Below are positions 51,081-64,000 of a stretch of DNA of 64,000 nt, piece after piece (positions within the stretch are counted from its first letter, which is position 1; each line of letters opens with the position of its first letter). A program made the translations under genes and the position numbers. Under the pieces are notes generated by a model, which worked only from the letters and a program-made list of their open reading frames with translations, had not been told where the DNA came from and ran no database searches. This DNA is from the human T2T-CHM13v2.0 reference genome, Homo sapiens. The stretch lies in the NCBI RefSeq assembly GCF_009914755.1, contig NC_060930.1; one strand, written 5' to 3'.

Positions 51081-52046
51081 AACATTTTTTTTTTCCTGAC
51101 AACTTAATGTCTATCTATCCTAATAGATTGCCAGCTACGTGAGAGCAGGGATGATTGTATGTACATTGAGTAGCAAGGTGCCTGGCATACAATAAATGGT
51201 CAATAAGTATTTATTGAGTGACTATAACTTAATGATTCAAAACTTAGACCCTAGTGTTACCTGGACCTGATGAAGTTTAGCTTCCCCACTTACTAGGAAT
51301 GGGGTCAATAAAAATGCCCACTCCAAAGGCGCTTTGTGGACGAATGTGCTTACTTATTACGGTTCTTTGTAAATGTTAGCTATGATTTTTATTAGGTGCT
51401 TGCTGAATTAAATAGCTTAATATTTGTAAAGTGCTTAGAACAGTTCCTGGAACAGGGTAAGTGCTTCTTGTTTGTGTTTATTTATTATTTTTTTAATGTT
51501 GCTGTTGACCAAATTAAACTTCACATTCATTTTGTTTAGTCTGTTAGGGATATTCTTTGGAAAATCTTCTACATTGTGTGGAAAGATAAGGCCTAAAATG
51601 CATACTATTCTGATTCGTTCAAAATATATCACTCTGGGATATGTGTAATTCAGAAAGGAACGTGATCTGAACACTTCTGTAGTAGTTATGGAGAAGTAAT
51701 GTGTACTACAAAAAAGGAATCATTAAATCATTTAAGAAAATTGCTGTGCACTACAGCAATATCATTCATAGATAATTAACAATCCACCTTTGCAGGGGTT
51801 TGTTACCTGGTTTCAAAACATTGGCTTTTAAACTTCTTGCCCTAGCTCAAAATGTAAGAAATACATTTTACATTATGACTTAGTACACAATAATATATGT
51901 GCGTGCATATATAAGCATATATATACATGCCTAAATATTTGTGTATATGTATAATGGAAACAAAATTTTACTACACAATGGTCATTCCTAGTAAAGTGAT
52001 GGATGCTCTCTAATACTGTTTCTAGTTCCAGTAGGTGAGAGGGTAA

Positions 52047-52358
<312 letters not shown>

Positions 52359-55300
52359 AGTGTTTGCACTTTGAACAAGTCCCAAGGTGATGCCGTTGCT
52401 GCTAGTTTGGGGAACCACACTTTGAGAACTTCTACACTAGACAATACTAGTGATTGAAAAAAAATCAAGCCCCACTAAGCGCCTCCAAGTGCTGGTCTGG
52501 CCCCAATCTTCCAACTCATTTACACTTTGCTTTAGATTCAACATCCACCTGCTCCTGGGATAATTCTGGGTTCCCCCACTTCTGGTGGGTCTTGTGTTTC
52601 TATTTTCCTTACCAGTCAAAATGTCCACACTCATCTCTTGCCTAGTTGTTCTCTCTCTCTCTTTCTCTCTCTGTCTAGAAATGGAAAGGTAAAGACGATA
52701 CTGGGATGGTCTGACTTGAGAGACAAATGCAATTAATCATCACAATAATTCAAGGGAAAGTTAAACAGTACTTGCTGTTTTTTTCCAGGGATCCAAAATG
52801 AGTTAGTTACTGCCTTGGCATAAAGTCAACCAAAATTATGGGAATACCTGTGCCTATTTCCTCTTTATGATTTTTGGTCTTTTTGCTTTCCAAAAATGGG
52901 GTAATGTATAAAATTATCAATGAAAAACTTCCTTGCTCTTGCTCATTACTTTAATCAAAAAAAGTTCAACAAGTACATATTACAAGGATTCTCTTGGTAG
53001 AACACCATTAGCTAAATAGAAAAAGGAACCGTACTTAAACACTAAATCTAGTTGAAAAAGCAAATGATCCTTAATTGTAGATTGATGAGCTCCGGCCAGT
53101 GATGGTATCACAGCCTAAGATGAAATTGGTGAAATCAAATGTTAAGAGGTCTCAGAATTGGCATCACGAGGGCAAAGAGATGAAACAACTAGTGATATCT
53201 GGCCAAGGAGCAGCAGTGTGGCAGCTGGCTACTGGCTTCTATATGAAAGAGAGAAATGGTACCTACCTGGGACCAACATGGAGGGCGGCAGGGAGAGGCT
53301 GCCCCTCGAAATGGGGAAACTGACTGTTTGGGCAGGGAAGGCAACAGTGACTGAAAAAAGGAATCAGCTGTTATTGGTTGACCAGAAAAAGGTACTGGTA
53401 TCCACTCTAAGCTTTTAGGGAAGGAAGAACTGGTTGGCTCCCAGTTCAGACAAGGCCCCTAACATCTGAATTAATCTTATAAATGGTTCTGTATGCTTCT
53501 TTCTTTTGGGTCTCAGGTTTAAAATGTTCTTTCTTTTGAGTGGGTGATTGAGATGGAAATTCCACCAAGTTTTCTGGAGTAGATACTCTATGACAAGAAC
53601 GGCATTTAATTTCCCTTCAGCCACTGTGGGTTTAAAACCAACAAACTTAGGTCGCATCTTCATAAAAATCACAATTAAATTTTGGGTTATGGAGGAGGTA
53701 ACCAGGATAGAATATGCTTTGGGGGTACAAAACTGTTGAAGGGAATCATTATCAGTAGCTTTTCACAGCTACCCAACCATAAAACGCCTTTGGCTCTGAG
53801 AATAGTAGTAGCTAGATTTTGGCTTCTTTTGTTTTTTTCTGTCCCATCCCCCATCTCCCCTTGGATGCCTTTGGATTCAAATGTAGATGAAATGCAGATT
53901 CTTGGGAGAAAGGAAGACATGCCTGGTTTGGCTGGTGATTGGGAAAAGAGGAGGATCTCAGATTTCAGGTTTTAGTTATCATTCTCCCGAGATGGGAAGA
54001 GGCTGTGATTCTTGATCTGAAGAGTCTTATCGTCGGTAGAACTTGCCATCGATGATCAATTGTTTGGATTTGAGGAGGAGAGAATTGAATTATGTTGGCC
54101 TACAACAACGGGAGCAGGTCAGGTAAGAATCGTTTATTGCTGGTAGACGTGTCTTTTAATCATGTGTGTATATCGTCTCTCTTGTTGACCACTTCTCTAA
54201 TCTTTTAAGAGTCATATGTCTTACTAGTGCATGGTATTGTGCTGTATGTATTTTTGCTGCAATCTTCCCGGTGTGCTTAGGGGATGTGATTTCACTTTTA
54301 TTCTTAAGCCACTGAGAAAATAATAGCACCCACACACGTGGTCATGGAAACTACAGAACTTCACTGTTTCATAAAAGGTGGTGGAAATTCCAAGTCATTA
54401 AATAATCTTGGGCATATTTACTTCTGCTATGAGTGCTGGTAAAATGTTTATATAAAAAAGTGACGGAGGAAAGCAAAGTTTGCTTAAAAGTAAGACAAAT
54501 TGAACGAATGAGGTTAAAATATATATGTATATATAAGCAAAATAGCATTCCATAAATCAGTGAGTTTTAAATGGAGGGCAGATGAAAGGAACAAAGTGGA
54601 CAATTGAGAACTTCCTCAATTTCTCAGTCGCTAGGTGGATACCCATCTCCTTCGCCAGTGGAAGCCAACTGTCAGAGTGGAGAGGTGGTTGGAACTTAGG
54701 AGTATGGCTCACTCCTGCTTTGTTTTAGAGGCTACTGGTGGTTACTCTTAATGTTGTAGACTAAGGATAGCAGCATAAACATTCCAGATTGTCAAGATTG
54801 AAAAGCTACGTAAATTGACAAAGGTCTATGTAAATTGACATTTTTGAGTTGCCTTTTTGAGGCTATAATTCTTCCCCTTTTTGTTTCCACAATGGGGAAA
54901 ATCGCCTTACTAGCTCAATATCTGGATATGTTTGTTGTGGATGTCTATGTTCCTTTCTTTCCCTCTCCTGGGCAACAATGGCAGTTTTGGAGACTCCTTG
55001 GAGACCACAGTACCATTACGCACATGGTGGAGCCCCTTGTGAATGCCTAAGCTTGTGGATGTTCTGAAGGGGGCAATAATTGGAGTAATGGTCATGGCGA
55101 GAAGTGCTTGTATTTGTATTGGTCCATCATTGCATAATAGGCTTATATGTTATATGTATCTATTTCCTATTGAGGATCTCTTTTTTACAGTTGATTTTTC
55201 TTGAGGGATTTTAAACTATCACCTGCCAGTATTTGAGCGCTTGCCGAAGTGTGCACTCAATGCTTTGAGATTTCCCAAATGTATAAAATCCTAGTCCTTG

Positions 55301-55469
55301 CCTTCAAGGAACTTACAACTTTTGTTGATAAATTGGTAAACCTAGAGAGAAGGCAACAATGAAATGCAGCATATAATGGAAATGCTAAGTGAGAGGAAAG
55401 AGGCGCTGTTTGGAGGAGGGAGAGGGAATTGGCTGGGCCATCAGGGAAAGAGGCAGAGCTTGAGGCGCC

Positions 55470-56350
55470 TTGACCAGTTGATGAAGTGGTGGCTTTAATT
55501 TGCGATTCTTGTGCAAACATTTGATAATGGGAATTGGATGTGTAGGTATTGGGCTTTCTCGTGGACACTGAAATTCCATTCATTGAACAACACCTTATTT
55601 CCTGTATAGAGAATGGTGCTAGGGGCCAGCGTCAAATTTGAAGATGAAGTCTGACTGAAGGTCATCGTTTGGAGTTGGGGTGGGGTGAAGAGTAGACAAA
55701 CCTTAAAATACAGAGACGAGTGCTGCAGTGAGCACGCGTGAGTGCTTAGGCAGCGCTTGAAGAGGGAGTTACCGATTTGGCCCTGGAAGTCAGGAAGGCT
55801 ATCCTTTTAAGGTGATCCCTGAGCTGGGAGTTTGTTTCAAACGGTGGGGACCGCAGGTAGAAGCACCGCTTAAGGGGAACGGCGATTCGACTCGCAGTGA
55901 CTTAAGGGTTGGCGTGGTGCTTGTTCCTGGGCGTGGGGAGGACAGGAAACCGCGGGGTCTGTGAGACGCCCCGTGGTTGTTGAAACGCTGTTGGGGGGCA
56001 CAAACGAATAGGGCTTTAGGAAGAAAACTGGTGGGAGGAGCCTTGTGGCTCCAAGGTAGGTTAGGAACTGGAGCGAGATGGAGCACGGAGGAGTGAGGCG
56101 GCCCGAAGGATGCCCGGGGAGACATGGAGGAACTGGCGAGGGCTTCCCGATGCAGGGCCTGGGGGAGAGGGTGAACTAATGCCTCTGCAGTGCCCCGTGG
56201 GGAAGTTCCGCATACTCGGCCAGAGTGATCGGAGTTGGCGGCTGTCTGGGGGAGTTGGGTCAGGAAGCCCCTTCTTTCGCCACCGATGGGGCACGTCCAG
56301 GGCCCGGCAGGTGTGCCCTGGCAGTAGATCTTCCCTGGGAAGTGGAGCGC
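55470..56350 (-). ncRNA. Candidate divergent antisense lncRNA from the CDYL CpG island (possibly CDYL-AS1)
   Basis: Upstream flank of a CpG island promoter; minus-strand ATTAAA at 55494-55499 (plus-strand TTTAAT) could end such a transcript. Recall of an annotated antisense RNA here is unverified and the boundaries are a guess. Confidence 0.35.
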
Positions 56351-58360
56351 GGGCCAGCCCTCGCTGTTCTGAGCGAGGGCCTGTCGTGTAGTCCACACCG
56401 TTCCGCGAAAGGAACCACCATTGACAGCCTCGTTCGATTAGAACCCGGACCTCCCTGGAATCCAGACTCGGTCCCCTCCCAGCTGCGCTTCGGAGGAGGC
56501 GGACGCTCCGAGAGGAACCCAGAGGCCTGGCGTGGGGGGAGCTGCGGGCAGAGCGGAGGCAGCCGCGCCCTCGCGCCGCCCTCCGCCGCGCCCGGCTCCC
56601 GCCCCCCGGATCCCACCCCCGGCCTGCCGCGGAGCCAGCGTGCCAGCCGGAGCTCGCCGGGCCACCCCGCGGGGCGCGCGGCCCGGGCTCCGGGTCTTGG
56701 CGGCGGCCGGTGGGGCGGGCATGGGGTGGGGTGGGTGCTCCACCTGGCCACGCCGCCGGCCCTTCGCGGGCTGGCCCGGCCCCGGACGGGCGGGCGCACG
56801 GAGGCCGCCTCTTGGGCTCCTCCTGGAGGGAGGCGCGCGGTAGACGGCGCGGCCGCTGCCGTCGGGGCGGTGGGCTCCAGACGCGGGCCGGCTCGCTCGC
56901 ATGGTTCCCTGCCCCATCTCGGGTCCGTCGCTGCCCGTCCTGGTGTGCACAACCGCGCTGCGCCTCGAACCTCGAGGTCCAGGTCCCGCCTGCCCTGGGC
57001 CGGGCCGCAAGCGCCCACGTCGAGGCGGGCTGGGGGGCGGTGCCGCGGGCCAGGCCGACCCCGCAAGCGGGACTGGGGAAGTCGGAGCCCCGCCCACCAC
57101 CCCGCCCCCCGCGCTCGCGGCCCCGCCCCCGCTGCCCCGCTCCTCCCCTTCCTGCCGGCTCGCTCCCGGCCCCGCCGGCCGCCCGCCTCGGCCCCGAGCG
57201 GAGCCCACTGCTCCCCTCGGCTGCCCCGCCCCGCCGCCGCCCCGCCCCTCCCGCGCGGGCGGCCCGAAAACCCGGAGCGCGGGAGCGCGGCTCCGCAGGG
57301 CCGGGCGGCCGCACTGGGCATGCTCAGTAGCCGGGGCAGGTTTTTTGGTCGCAAGTAGGAAGCTTTCTGCACTACACCGGAGAGGGGAGCCGCGATCCGG
57401 CCGCGCCGCCCGCACGCCGCCGCGCCCGCCCCAGCCCGCCCGGCCCCGCGGCGGGGCGCGATGAGCCCGAGCGCGAGCCGGCCCGCCGGGGAGTGAGCGC
57501 GGGGCGCCCAGGGCGCGTTGCGTAGCTGCTCCTGCGCACAACCCCGCCGCGCCGCCGGCCCGCACTGGCCGCGGAGTGCAAGAGGCTCGTCCGTGCCCAG
57601 CGCCCGGCCGGCCGCGGGAGCAGGAAGCGCAGGCCACGCAGGACCCAACTGAAACAAAGTGTCGGCCGCCCGGCGCCGGCGCCCGCCCCGACCCTGCCCC
57701 TCCCGCCCGCAACTCCGCCGCCCACCATGGCTTCCGAGGAGCTGTACGAGGTACCTCCCCTCCCCCCGGCCTCGGGCCGCCCCCCGCCCGCCGCCCCTCC
57801 CGGCCCGGCCGCGCCGCCCGACGGCCCCGCTCGCCGCCCGCGCCCGCCGCGTCCCCTCCCCCGCCGCGGCCGCAGTTTGCTGGACGGGAAATGTGTGTGA
57901 GGGGAGCCCGAGCCTCCGTTCCGAGGGGCCCCGGCCGGGGGGTCCTGAAGTTGCCGGGCGTGGGGTGGGGGGGGGGGGTCCCAGCCGTGGGGAAGTGGTG
58001 CTGACACAAGTGACTTGCTCGGACTGAGCTCAAAGTGCTCTTGGCGTGGGTCGTGGAAGTGGTGCCTCCGTTGCCGCTCGGCGGGGACCGTGGGCGGTAC
58101 GGGGGGTGGGGTGTGGGGGGGTTTCTGGATCATTTGATAAAGCATTTGGGAGAGGGTTTTGCCCCTGGTCGGGGGGTGGCGGGGAGAAGACCGGTGCAAA
58201 CGCTTTCGACTTTGCTGTTCGCCAAAGCGATGCAAAATCTCGCACCGAAAATGCTAAACGTTGACCACATGCTTTAATTAGGTTAGCATTGTGGCCAGAG
58301 CCAGGAAATTTAAATTTAACGCTGATACACCGTCATTCATTTGCGCCGCAGCGTTGCAAA
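55850..58360. promoter_or_regulatory. CDYL: CpG island promoter of CDYL1b; TSS probably near 57300-57450
   Basis: Very high GC and CpG density, many GGGCGG/CCGCCC boxes, quasi-palindrome actgggcatgctcagt (57313-57328), ACTACA at 57371, GGAAG ETS cores, no obvious TATA box; contains the first coding exon. Confidence 0.9.
57727..57750 (+). CDS. CDYL: Coding part of CDYL1b first exon, MASEELYE
   Basis: Strong Kozak context gccgcccaccATGG in a CpG island; ATG GCT TCC GAG GAG CTG TAC GAG followed by donor gtacct at 57751 (phase 0). Matches the recalled CDYL1b start MASEELYEVERIVDK and differs from the CDYL2 start MASGDLYE. Confidence 0.95.
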
Positions 58361-59789
58361 TGAGAAGGGCATAGCCAGAACTGTAAGTTCTGGTCGATGG
58401 GTTTAAACCAGCTTCAAGTTTGAGAGTTACCAATTTGGATCTTTAGACATGTTTTGTATGTCTCCATGTAACTTCTTTTGACGTATTTCAAAGTAGACTT
58501 CCTGGGAGTACAGAAGTTTGGAAGGCTTTCTGTTCTTCTGGATAAATGATTCTCTTGTTTCACATGTATTTATAAATAAGTTCCTAAGAGACTTAAAACT
58601 TGCGAAGACTCTCTAGACTCACCTTTATGATGCGTTTAGGGACCTGGGTGTTGAGGGACTTAAGGAAGCATCTGTAACAAGTAGAGCCCTGTGGCCCCAG
58701 GGATCCTTTCAGTTGTCTTCTCTTATGGGCGTATTATTGCTGTTGGCATAGAATAGAGCTTTGTTGTCTGCGATGTTAGTCTTCTAGCAACTTTTTTGTT
58801 GCTTTTTAAGAGCAAGTGTTTGCAGAAGTTCTCAGGAGGAAGCTGCCATCTGTAGAATTAAGGGTAAGGTTGTTGCTTCTCCTTACATTGTATGTGGTCA
58901 GTATACCTTAGCTGGTACTGAAAATGTTCCATTCTTTTCAACCATTTTACACATTAGCTGTGCCCCGCTGTATTCAGGATACTATTTTAGGTCATTTGGG
59001 GATGTAAAAGAAGAAAAATCTCCCTGTTCTCAGGAGCTTTCCTTCTAGGAAGGAAAGTGTTGTGTGTCTGGAAGACACAGAAATGGAGGCTAGGATGTTT
59101 GAGGTTGAGGTCTTCCAGGTGAAGTCTGTACAGGGGGAAGTACATAGCATGAGGGTATGGGGGATTTTAGTTTCTACATTAGATCATTCTTTGGTTGTTT
59201 AGTCATGAGTGTTCACTCTTGGCATTTGCTTTTATGAGTATGATTACATAATCAGTTCCATCAGTGGATGAGAGTAGCACCTTATACGTAAGTTGTATCC
59301 TATGTGTGTAAGAATGATTCTGAAGACAGCACATTTCCCATTAGTATATTATGAACTAAGTTTAGTTCCTTCTGTGCTTATTCTATATCTTCAGGTTTCT
59401 GTTCCTAACAGAAGTTATTAATGAGTAACATTTTGTACTAAGTTTGTGTTCATTTAACGTTTATTGAATGCTTGCCATATGGAGGTTTCATGGGGAAATA
59501 CTGAGGTGTGAGAATGGTTCATGCTTTCAAGGAGTGTCTGTTGGGGAGGAAGTAAGTATATTGCAAATAAATGATACACCTGCACAATTGAACTTTTGAT
59601 TCTGAGTTTTATTTTAGTTTTGGAAAAAAAGGTATTATAGAAGTATAGTTCAGGTGATAAATTTAAGTATGTGTAGTAAATATGTAGTGGTCAGTATCTT
59701 TCAAGGCAAAATTTGTAACTTTTCTTTTACTTGTAGGCAACACTGTGACTATGTTACCATTGAAAGTTGACATTGAAAGTTTTGCATGG

Positions 59790-60000
59790 CAGTTGAGAGC
59801 CTAGATTTGGAGTCAGACAACCCAGTTAGTGACTTCCAACTCTATCACCTTGGGTAAATTAGCCTTGAAAGCTCAGTTTCCTCATCTGTGAAATTGGGAT
59901 CAGTGTTTCCCTTATAGAGCTATGAAGTTTACATGAGAACATATGTAAAGCCCACCCTAAAATTCCCATGGCAAGCACCCAGTAAGTGATGATGATTGTA
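59790..60000 (+). mobile_element. MIR
   Basis: tttggagtcagaca...ccttgggtaaatta...ctcagtttcctcatctgtgaaattggga core. Confidence 0.8.
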
Positions 60001-60689
60001 TGGTAACTGGCTTAAAATGCCTCCCTGAAACCTGGTTTTGTTTCTAAAGGTATAGAGTTGTATTGTTTTCATAAAGGCAGTATTATCTGTAGGGCAGAAG
60101 TGATACGCAATTGTAAATGAACGCGATAGTCTGACAAGGCTGGGAAAGACACTAAGATGATGTTTTGTGGCCAAGTCAAGGGTTGTTAGTTGCCTTGTTT
60201 TGTCCAGTTCTGCCTAAACTGAAATAGAAGTTTTCTGTTTGGCCTCAGGCTCCACAAATCTAGAGGGATATATTGACAGGAGGAAATGTGAAGTCTTGCT
60301 TCTTTGAACTCACATGGTCTGGTAGGAGGACAGGTCTGCAGTAACTGGGAACTTGGGTGAGTTACCCAACTGCTGAGCCTTGGTTTTCTCGCCTAAAAGA
60401 AATGTCTCCAATACTTAGCATGGAACCTGGTATGTAGTAATAGGTCTTTAGTAAATGTTTAAATGGCTATTGAAACTAGGCTTTGTGAACAAAAAATAAA
60501 GGAACAGATCCTGGAAAAGATGGGTAGAGCATGAACCTTGCAAAATTTGAAGAGTTACTATTAGTTGAAGGATGGAATAGATTTACTCCCTACTTTTCCA
60601 GCTGCTAGGATTGAGGAAAAACGGATTTTTGATGCGGCGTAGGTTAGAACTTCATAGTTTTCACAAAAAGACAAGCGTCCTTTACATCA

Positions 60690-61010
60690 CGCTTCTAATG
60701 TAAAGGGCCAGATAATACATATTTTAGACTTGTGGGTTATATTATGGTCTTTGTTGCAACCACTCAGCTCACCTCATGTAGTGCAAAAGCAGTCGTAGAC
60801 TCCTATATGAATGTGCGCTGTGTCTCAAACTGCTTATGGATAGTAAAATTCACTTAGTATATTTCATATCATTTTATGTGTCATGAAATACACATTTGTG
60901 TTTTTTTTCCAATCACTTACAAATGTAAAAATGATTCCTAACTTGTAGGTTCCACAAAAATAGGCAGTGGGCTGGCTTTGCCCTGTAGGTTGTTGTTTGT
61001 TAAGCCCTGC
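60690..61010. mobile_element. MER58-like (hAT-Charlie)
   Basis: tgtaaagggccagata...atattttagacttg and aggcagtgggctggctttg motifs. Confidence 0.75.
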
Positions 61011-61149
61011 TGTAGGTGATCAACTGTCATAGTCTGTTTAGGAATCTGGGTTTACTCAAGGGTTGGGGATGTATGGAAGTTAGACGGTATTTCTAACTTT
61101 CATCCCAGCTCTAGACTTAGAGCTGGAAGATCTGGGTGGTAATCCTCCC

Positions 61150-61584
<435 letters not shown>

Positions 61585-64000
61585 TAAAATAGGAGGATGA
61601 TAACCAAATAATTGAGGCTTAAATGGCATTAGCGTGTAAAAGCAATTCTACAAAACGTTTTCCATTTTTAAAGAGGAAAAAAAACCCATCCAACTCTCAA
61701 ACCATGAAACCAAACCTGTTTTCCCTTCCTCAAGATTTAGGATTTGAAAGTATTCTATAAACTGATTATATCACCAGAGAAAGCTGTGAGGTCAAGAGGA
61801 CCTTAATTTATTTAGCAGTCAAGTAACCACCATGAGACTTTGTTCACGTGGGACTGAATAAGGAACGTATGCTGTAGTAAAATGGAATAAGTATTCTCTT
61901 TATTTGTATGTCTTAATAATTCCTTTTTTCCTCAGTAGATGTGGAGTTATTCCCTTGAGAACTCCTGTAATAGTTAATTCAAATTTCAGTAAGCTCTCAA
62001 TGATTAGTCTTGACCTTCTGAGAGAATATTTATGTTTTCATTTTCAAAAATGGAAGTAAGCTTTTAAGAATGAAATCGTATCTGGTGTGTAAAAAATTGT
62101 TTTAAAGTTGATTAGTTTGACAGGATGATCAGGATTTGCAGGGGAAGGTAGGTCTTTTGAATCTTTCTTCCTACTTTGCGATAAGATTCCTGCTCTCTCC
62201 TGTGCACCACAAGGCTTTTACTTACATTGACCAAAAGCAGTTGTGAATAAAGTCTCAATCTGTAGTTCAAATGGAAGTCACAGAGACCAGGACACCTTTC
62301 ATGGATGTTGGCCAAGCTAGGTCAGCGTATGTTGTATATGGTGTAGCTGTCTGAAAAGATTGGAATCACCAAAATTAGTAAAGAAAAAGAGTTCATTTGA
62401 CTTCAGGAGTTGATAGTGAGGCAGTGAGGTCAAACATGCATGTGTGTTTTGACAATAATAGCCTATCTTAAATGCTCTTTTTCCTGTGAGTTGCTGAGAA
62501 TATTATTTATTCATTTGCCCCAGCAGCAGTGTGGAGACCTCTCATGTGCTCTTCCTTTGAACTACTTTCAATTCCTGTGTACCAGAATAGCGTTTTTTTC
62601 ATTCTTGCTGTGATATCTAAGAATCATAGACTGTTCCCTCGTGCTCTATAATGATTTTAACCACGGAGAATATTTTCATGGTATGTAGGCAACACTTTCT
62701 TCGCATTGTTCTGGTTCACAGTTTTGGATAACTGTGATTCACAAAGCCAGGCCTCAAATGAATTCTTTTGTAAATAAGGAGTGATAGTTTTTATATTGTG
62801 AGCACTCCTAGGTGGAACAGGACCAGCCTGGGGTCTTTTTTCAATTCAGATTCTTGAACCCAAACCACGAGATTATAATTTTCAATGTTTGGATGGAGAC
62901 AGGAATCTTATGTTCCGAGAAGCTTCTTTTTGGAATGCAGGTGGATTTAGGAGCCTCTGGATACGCCCTTCTGTGTTTCAGACCCTTAGGCTCTGCGTGG
63001 AGGTGGGTGGGGGTGGGTTGGGGATCTGCCTGGCGGAAGAGGAGCTCTCGGTGGACCAGACTGGTTCTTTCTGCAGGCTCCTTGACCACTGCTGGTTGTT
63101 AACTGAGTAATTCCAGGAAGGGAATATTAAAAACATCAGGTAGTTAGCTAAGGGCGTTGTAATTTCTGTTTTCTGTCTTTATTGCCTGGCATGTTTGTCC
63201 ACCAGAATGTAAGTGCTTTAAAGCTCAGATTCATTTTCTGGTCATTATTTTCCACAGCTCAAAATACTGCAATCGTTGCATAATTGTTGAGTTACTTTAA
63301 TGGAAGAGTGAATTACAGGAATGAATCTCCATTCCTGACTCCTTACTTACCTCGAGGTTCCTCCTCCCCTAAGCATTATGCCTCTTGCTGTTCTTTTTAC
63401 TCTTAGTTCCTCATCTGCTTACATGGTTTCAACTCTAGAATGGAGAATTTCACTGTTTCCCACACAAACTTAATTCTCTTCAGCCTTTTAAGCTGGGCAA
63501 GGTTTTGGGGTTCACGTTCTCTAGGAAGTCTGGGGAGGGCCTATTATGAGTCTAGATATGACTTTAAATCCAATTATAACCTCAAATAGAATTTTATGAA
63601 AATTTAAACAAGTACATATGAGCATATTTCAGAGGGAGAGAATCAAGAGCTTTCATCTGATTCTCAGAGGGATATAGGACCCAAAGCAAGTATTAAAAAC
63701 TGCATCGAGACCTTTGAACTAAGACTTATCTGTGGCTGCCCTCCACGGACCACTTTGACATTATTTTTGTTGAACTGTCCTCTGCCACAAATTACAGTAA
63801 AACCATATTAAAACCTCACTGATTGGGTTTAGAAGTTGTATGCTATTTCTAGTCTTTAAGTGGCTAATTTTGCAGCTATGCATACATGATGTCTAAAGAT
63901 AGTCAGTATTTAATGGCACTTCTGACAATGTAAAGATTTTACATTCCTTGAACCCTGGTGCATTCCTGAACTCACATGCTACTGCTTTCTTATTGCCCAT

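Noticed and set aside
53415-53975. Processed pseudogene suggested by clustered ORFs on both strands
   Set aside because: No recognisable parent protein, poly(A) tail or TSD.
57316-57325. p53 response element GGGCATGCTC
   Set aside because: Only one half-site; equally explained as part of an NRF1-like promoter palindrome.
56061-58277. Long overlapping ORFs (up to 531 aa) on both strands in the CpG island
   Set aside because: Low-complexity Gly/Ala/Arg/Pro translations expected from stop-codon scarcity in very GC-rich DNA; only MASEELYE with Kozak context and a donor matches a known protein.

Overview
Primate, almost certainly human, genomic DNA lying inside the 5' half of the CDYL (chromodomain Y-like) gene on the + strand (human 6p25.1, from recall). 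Only two short coding exons are supportable. The first is an 83-nt internal exon specific to the long isoform CDYL1a (15694-15776, [28 protein letters not shown]). The second is the coding end of the CpG-island first exon of the major isoform CDYL1b (ATG at 57727, MASEELYE, donor at 57751). Both end in phase 0 and splice to a shared chromodomain exon outside the window. The rest is intronic: about 50 Alu elements, a solo LTR12 (HERV9) on the - strand, old L1/L2/MIR/MaLR/DNA-transposon fossils and microsatellites. An 8.8-kb Alu-free zone surrounds the CpG island. Almost all ORFs in the supplied track are Alu, microsatellite or GC-content artefacts. I found no new multi-gene system. The most unusual observations are: templated inverted-repeat scars inside the LTR12; a 4 x 69-bp minisatellite born at an Alu tail; a ~200-bp local duplication ending in a perfect 19-bp hairpin; an inverted Alu pair and G-run bracketing the CDYL1a exon; a cluster of candidate unannotated upstream exons at 52.6-54.1 kb; and a uORF plus an open CUG frame in the CDYL1b leader. 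Repeat coordinates were read by eye (roughly +/-10-50 nt) and subfamily names are from recall, not from RepeatMasker.
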